Source: an uncultured bacterium
GTDB taxonomy: Bacteria > Babelota > Babeliae > Babelales > Babelaceae
DNA: 64,000 nt
NCBI GenBank assembly: GCA_963722385.1
Contig: CAVRKK010000002.1
Coordinates: 832,001 to 896,000 of the forward strand
Reading direction: 5' to 3'
Of this stretch, positions 60,856 through 64,000 are shown one piece after another (position 1 is the stretch's first letter; each line of letters begins with the position of its first letter). The position numbers and the translations under genes were made by a program. Below the pieces are notes generated by a model. That model was given only the letters and a program-made list of their open reading frames with translations, ran no database searches and was not told the origin of the DNA.

Positions 60856-61541
60856 TTATCACCATTGATGGCCCTGCGGCGAGCGGCAAGTCTTCGGCGG
60901 CACGCTTATTGGCAAAAGATTTGGGCTATAAGTATCTTGGTACCGGGTTACTCTATCGTGCACTTGCGTATCTTTTAGTAAAGCATTACGGGTACACGGT
61001 TAAAACTATTGTACACCCAACGTCGATCGATATTACGCACGTTTTGGATGGGCATGTTTTCCAGTATTGCCATGTTGGTGATGTGTCAAGCATTGAATAT
61101 AAGGGTGTTGATATTACGGCGCACCTCAAGGCACCTGATGTTGATGAATGGTCGTCGCTCATTAGCCAAAATACTCAGGTACGTATCATGATCGTGAGCT
61201 TGGCAAGAAAATGCGCAGAAGGTAAGAACATGATTGCTGAGGGACGTGACTGCGGCTCGGTGATTTTTCCGCAAGCTGCATACAAATTCTTTCTCACCGC
61301 GTCGCTCGACGTTCGTGCCGAACGGTGGCAAGAGAGCCAGCGGCATCATGGAATTGTTGTGCCATTTGATCAAGCGCGTGCTTTTATCGTAGAGCGAGAT
61401 GAGCGTGATATGACACGTAAAGTCGATCCGCTCGTTATTCCCCCGGGGGCTAAAGTAATCGATAACTCAACGTTAAGCCTTGAGCAGACGGTAGAGCTGC
61501 TTAAGAGCTTTATTGTGCAAAAGCATAATCATAACCACTAG
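60852..61541 (+). CDS. cmk: Cytidylate kinase
   Basis: IDGPAASGKS, TGLLYR, EGRD, RDERD. Confidence 0.95.
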   Translation: MIITIDGPAASGKSSAARLLAKDLGYKYLGTGLLYRALAYLLVKHYGYTVKTIVHPTSIDITHVLDGHVFQYCHVGDVSSIEYKGVDITAHLKAPDVDEWSSLISQNTQVRIMIVSLARKCAEGKNMIAEGRDCGSVIFPQAAYKFFLTASLDVRAERWQESQRHHGIVVPFDQARAFIVERDERDMTRKVDPLVIPPGAKVIDNSTLSLEQTVELLKSFIVQKHNHNH

Positions 61542-61873
61542 GTTAAAGCCTATTCGTGACTTGGTGCTCGAGGAAGGGAGCTGCTTCTTCCTCTTCTTCC
61601 CCGCGGGGAACTATTATAGGTTCCTGATGGCGCTCTTCTGTTTCCTCTTCCCCATTTTTGAGCACGGCGGAAAAAGAGCAGTATTGCGCTCGCCTAAGTT
61701 GCTATTGTAGCAGGTATTGGATCAATACATAAAGAAGCGTAATGGCTATCTTAGTGAAGGCGAGCGGTGGTGCTTTGTTGCTTTCCATGGGTCTCTGGTA
61801 GCCTAACTCTCCCCATGGCGCTCTTGACAAATCATGCATTGCAATGTAGGATTTGTCAAAAACAGAAAAGGTC

Positions 61874-63052
61874 ATGATGTTTAAAAGAGAGCTAGCGCAT
61901 ATAATCAAACAAAGGGCGGAAAAGATACCAGTCATTGGGATTCTAGGTCCTCGTCAATCAGGTAAGACTACTCTTGCTCAAAAGGTATTTGATAAGCATA
62001 CGTATATATCTTTAGAAAGCTATGATGAACGAGAATTCGCATCAAAGGACCCCCATCGATTTATAGAAACATATAAGAGTTCTTCTGGGATCATACTTGA
62101 TGAAATTCAGCATGTTCCTACCTTATTATCGTATATACAGACCTACGTAGACAAAGAACATAAGCCAGGCTCTGTGGTGCTAACGGGATCACAGAATATT
62201 TTAGTCAACCAAGCGATATCTCAAACGCTAGCGGGCAGGATTGGGCTTTTTACTCTTCTGCCCTTGTCTATTGCCGAACTATCGACCAATTCTCTTCTTC
62301 CAAGGACGGTAGAAGAACTTGCCTTTAAAGGGAGCTATCCGCGTATTTATGCATATGATCTTGAGCCTAATCCTTGGTATCTAGACTATATAGAGACCTA
62401 TGTTGAGCGGGATGTGCGTCAGGTTGGGAATATAATCAATTTGAGGCTCTTCAGAAAATTTCTGAAAATATGTGCTGGTCGTATAGGTCAGCTTCTTAAT
62501 TATACGTCTCTCGCTAACGATTGTGGCATTGATCAACGAACAGCCCAAGCATGGATTTTTATCTTGGAAGCAAGCTATATAATTTTTCTTTTGCCTCCCC
62601 ATCATAATAATCTTAATAAGCGTTTGATTAGATCACCAAAACTTTATTTTTACGATACTGGTCTCGCGTGTGCTTTGCTTGAAATTCTGTCGGTTAGCCA
62701 ACTGAATACTCATTATTTGAGGGGAAGCCTTATAGAATCGTTAATAATAGCGGATATCTATAAATATTATTATAACTGCGGACGGAGGCCTGTTGTTGAT
62801 TTTTGGCGTGACCAGACGGGCAATGAAATCGATTGCCTCATTACCCGCGACAATCAGCTGGTGCCTATTGAAATTAAGGCCGGCAAAACGATAGCGAGCG
62901 ATTTTTTTAAAGGGCTGCTCTATTGGGCTCGTCTTACCGAGCAGGAACCTCCAATCGGGTATGTTATTTATGGTGGCTTGCAAAATCAACAAAGAGCTCA
63001 GGCAACAGTGCTCAGCTGGCAGCAGGTTGGTGCTCTTTTTGGTTCTACCTGA
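61874..63052 (+). CDS. AAA+ ATPase with DUF4143 domain
   Basis: GPRQSGKTT, LDEIQ, TGSQN, SPKLYFYDTGL, EIDC..IEIK. Confidence 0.9.
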   Translation: MMFKRELAHIIKQRAEKIPVIGILGPRQSGKTTLAQKVFDKHTYISLESYDEREFASKDPHRFIETYKSSSGIILDEIQHVPTLLSYIQTYVDKEHKPGSVVLTGSQNILVNQAISQTLAGRIGLFTLLPLSIAELSTNSLLPRTVEELAFKGSYPRIYAYDLEPNPWYLDYIETYVERDVRQVGNIINLRLFRKFLKICAGRIGQLLNYTSLANDCGIDQRTAQAWIFILEASYIIFLLPPHHNNLNKRLIRSPKLYFYDTGLACALLEILSVSQLNTHYLRGSLIESLIIADIYKYYYNCGRRPVVDFWRDQTGNEIDCLITRDNQLVPIEIKAGKTIASDFFKGLLYWARLTEQEPPIGYVIYGGLQNQQRAQATVLSWQQVGALFGST

Positions 63053-63234
63053 TTCTTCAAGCAGAATATCTTGCTTTTCCAACTCAGCTTCAATTTCTTC
63101 AATCGTTCGAACACCATTGCAATAGAACTAAAGGGAGAGAAGGAAGAAAGCTCATGATAGACTATGAGGGTTGATTATTATATTATTGATAATATATATT
63201 AAATATGATAGTATTAAATTTGAAAGGATAAGCT

Positions 63235-63456
63235 ATGAAAACAAAAAATGTAACATTTAGCCTTCCAGAAAATGTAATTGATATGATGCATTCCCTTATT
63301 GGAAAACAAAAAATGAGCAGCTTTGCAGCCCAGGCTCTTGAGCAAGCTCTTGAACAAAAGAAAGAATCTTTAAGAAAACAGTATACCGAGGCAGCCCAGG
63401 ATGCAGATAGACTAAAAACAATTGAAGAATGGTCTGTAACAGATGTAGAAGGTTGA
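63235..63456 (+). CDS. Putative ribbon-helix-helix antitoxin
   Basis: NVTFSLPE..MSSFAAQALEQAL; directly upstream of a MazF gene. Confidence 0.7.
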   Translation: MKTKNVTFSLPENVIDMMHSLIGKQKMSSFAAQALEQALEQKKESLRKQYTEAAQDADRLKTIEEWSVTDVEG

Positions 63457-63458
63457 GA

Positions 63459-63797
63459 ATGAGTTATACTTTTCCTCTCCGAGGCGAGGTTTACTGGGTG
63501 AATTTAGATCCTACAATAGGAACCGAAATTAAAAAAACGAGGCCTGGAGTAATCATTTCAAATGACATAGGAAACGAACTTTTGCCACGCGTTATTATAG
63601 CGCCGGTGACATCCTCTGTCGCTAAAATTTTTGATTTTGAAGTTAAGGTTCAAATTAATAACCTAAGTGGAAAGATATTGCTAGATCAAATTAGGGCAAT
63701 CGATAAAAAAAGATTGGGCAAAAAAATAACAAAATTGGATAGGGACACATTATATCAAGTTGATGAAGCACTCAAAATTGCGCTTGATTTATTATAA
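63459..63797 (+). CDS. mazF: MazF/PemK family toxin
   Basis: RGEVYWVNLDPTIGTEIKKTRPGVIISND, LDQIRAIDKKRL. Confidence 0.92.
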   Translation: MSYTFPLRGEVYWVNLDPTIGTEIKKTRPGVIISNDIGNELLPRVIIAPVTSSVAKIFDFEVKVQINNLSGKILLDQIRAIDKKRLGKKITKLDRDTLYQVDEALKIALDLL

Positions 63798-64000
63798 GTT
63801 ATAGCATGGCGCCTCTTTAGGGCATGGAACATGTCTTGAAAGTCAAGCATGAATTAAACGACATTTAAGATATTGGCAATCTACTTTCTGCTTGAGGTTC
63901 ACATTCGCAAGCCTCGCGAAACGCATCTTAAAGTAGGTTAAGAAGCCAATTACCAAATGCGAACAATACTTTCATTAGATGGGTTTGCTGCCTTACGTAG

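Noticed and set aside
61541..61860. Short ORFs between cmk and the DUF4143 gene
   Set aside because: No motif and interrupted by stops; at most a gene remnant.

Overview
Bacterial chromosome window. The many secreted ankyrin and beta-propeller proteins, Chlamydia-type TGT and class Ic ribonucleotide reductase, and membrane pyrophosphatase suggest a host-associated bacterium such as Ca. Dependentiae/TM6 (inference, not proven). The right third is mostly housekeeping (nrdAB, hppA, lysS with an extra N-terminal B3/4 domain, recJ, cmk). The left two thirds are accessory and rearranged: (1) a CdiA-like polymorphic toxin locus (37.5-45.4 kb, minus strand) with a frameshifted toxin, a decayed cognate immunity gene, an orphan toxin tip, and immunity genes built as variable N-domain plus constant C-domain; (2) a ~5.1 kb inverted duplication of an ankyrin gene plus a 1352-aa secreted protein with patchy identity, with a decayed copy of the tip/immunity cassette at 4.6-5.5 kb; (3) a ~6.1 kb integrase-less island bounded by two synonymous-variant copies of the mraY 3' end, carrying an ABC importer preceded by a Tyr/Trp leader peptide and a pyrimidine tract; (4) two IS elements, several toxin-antitoxin modules, a collagen-like protein and a GC-rich multi-hairpin intergenic region. 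No rRNA, tRNA or CRISPR array was seen. Family assignments come from motif reading and recalled sequences, not database searches.
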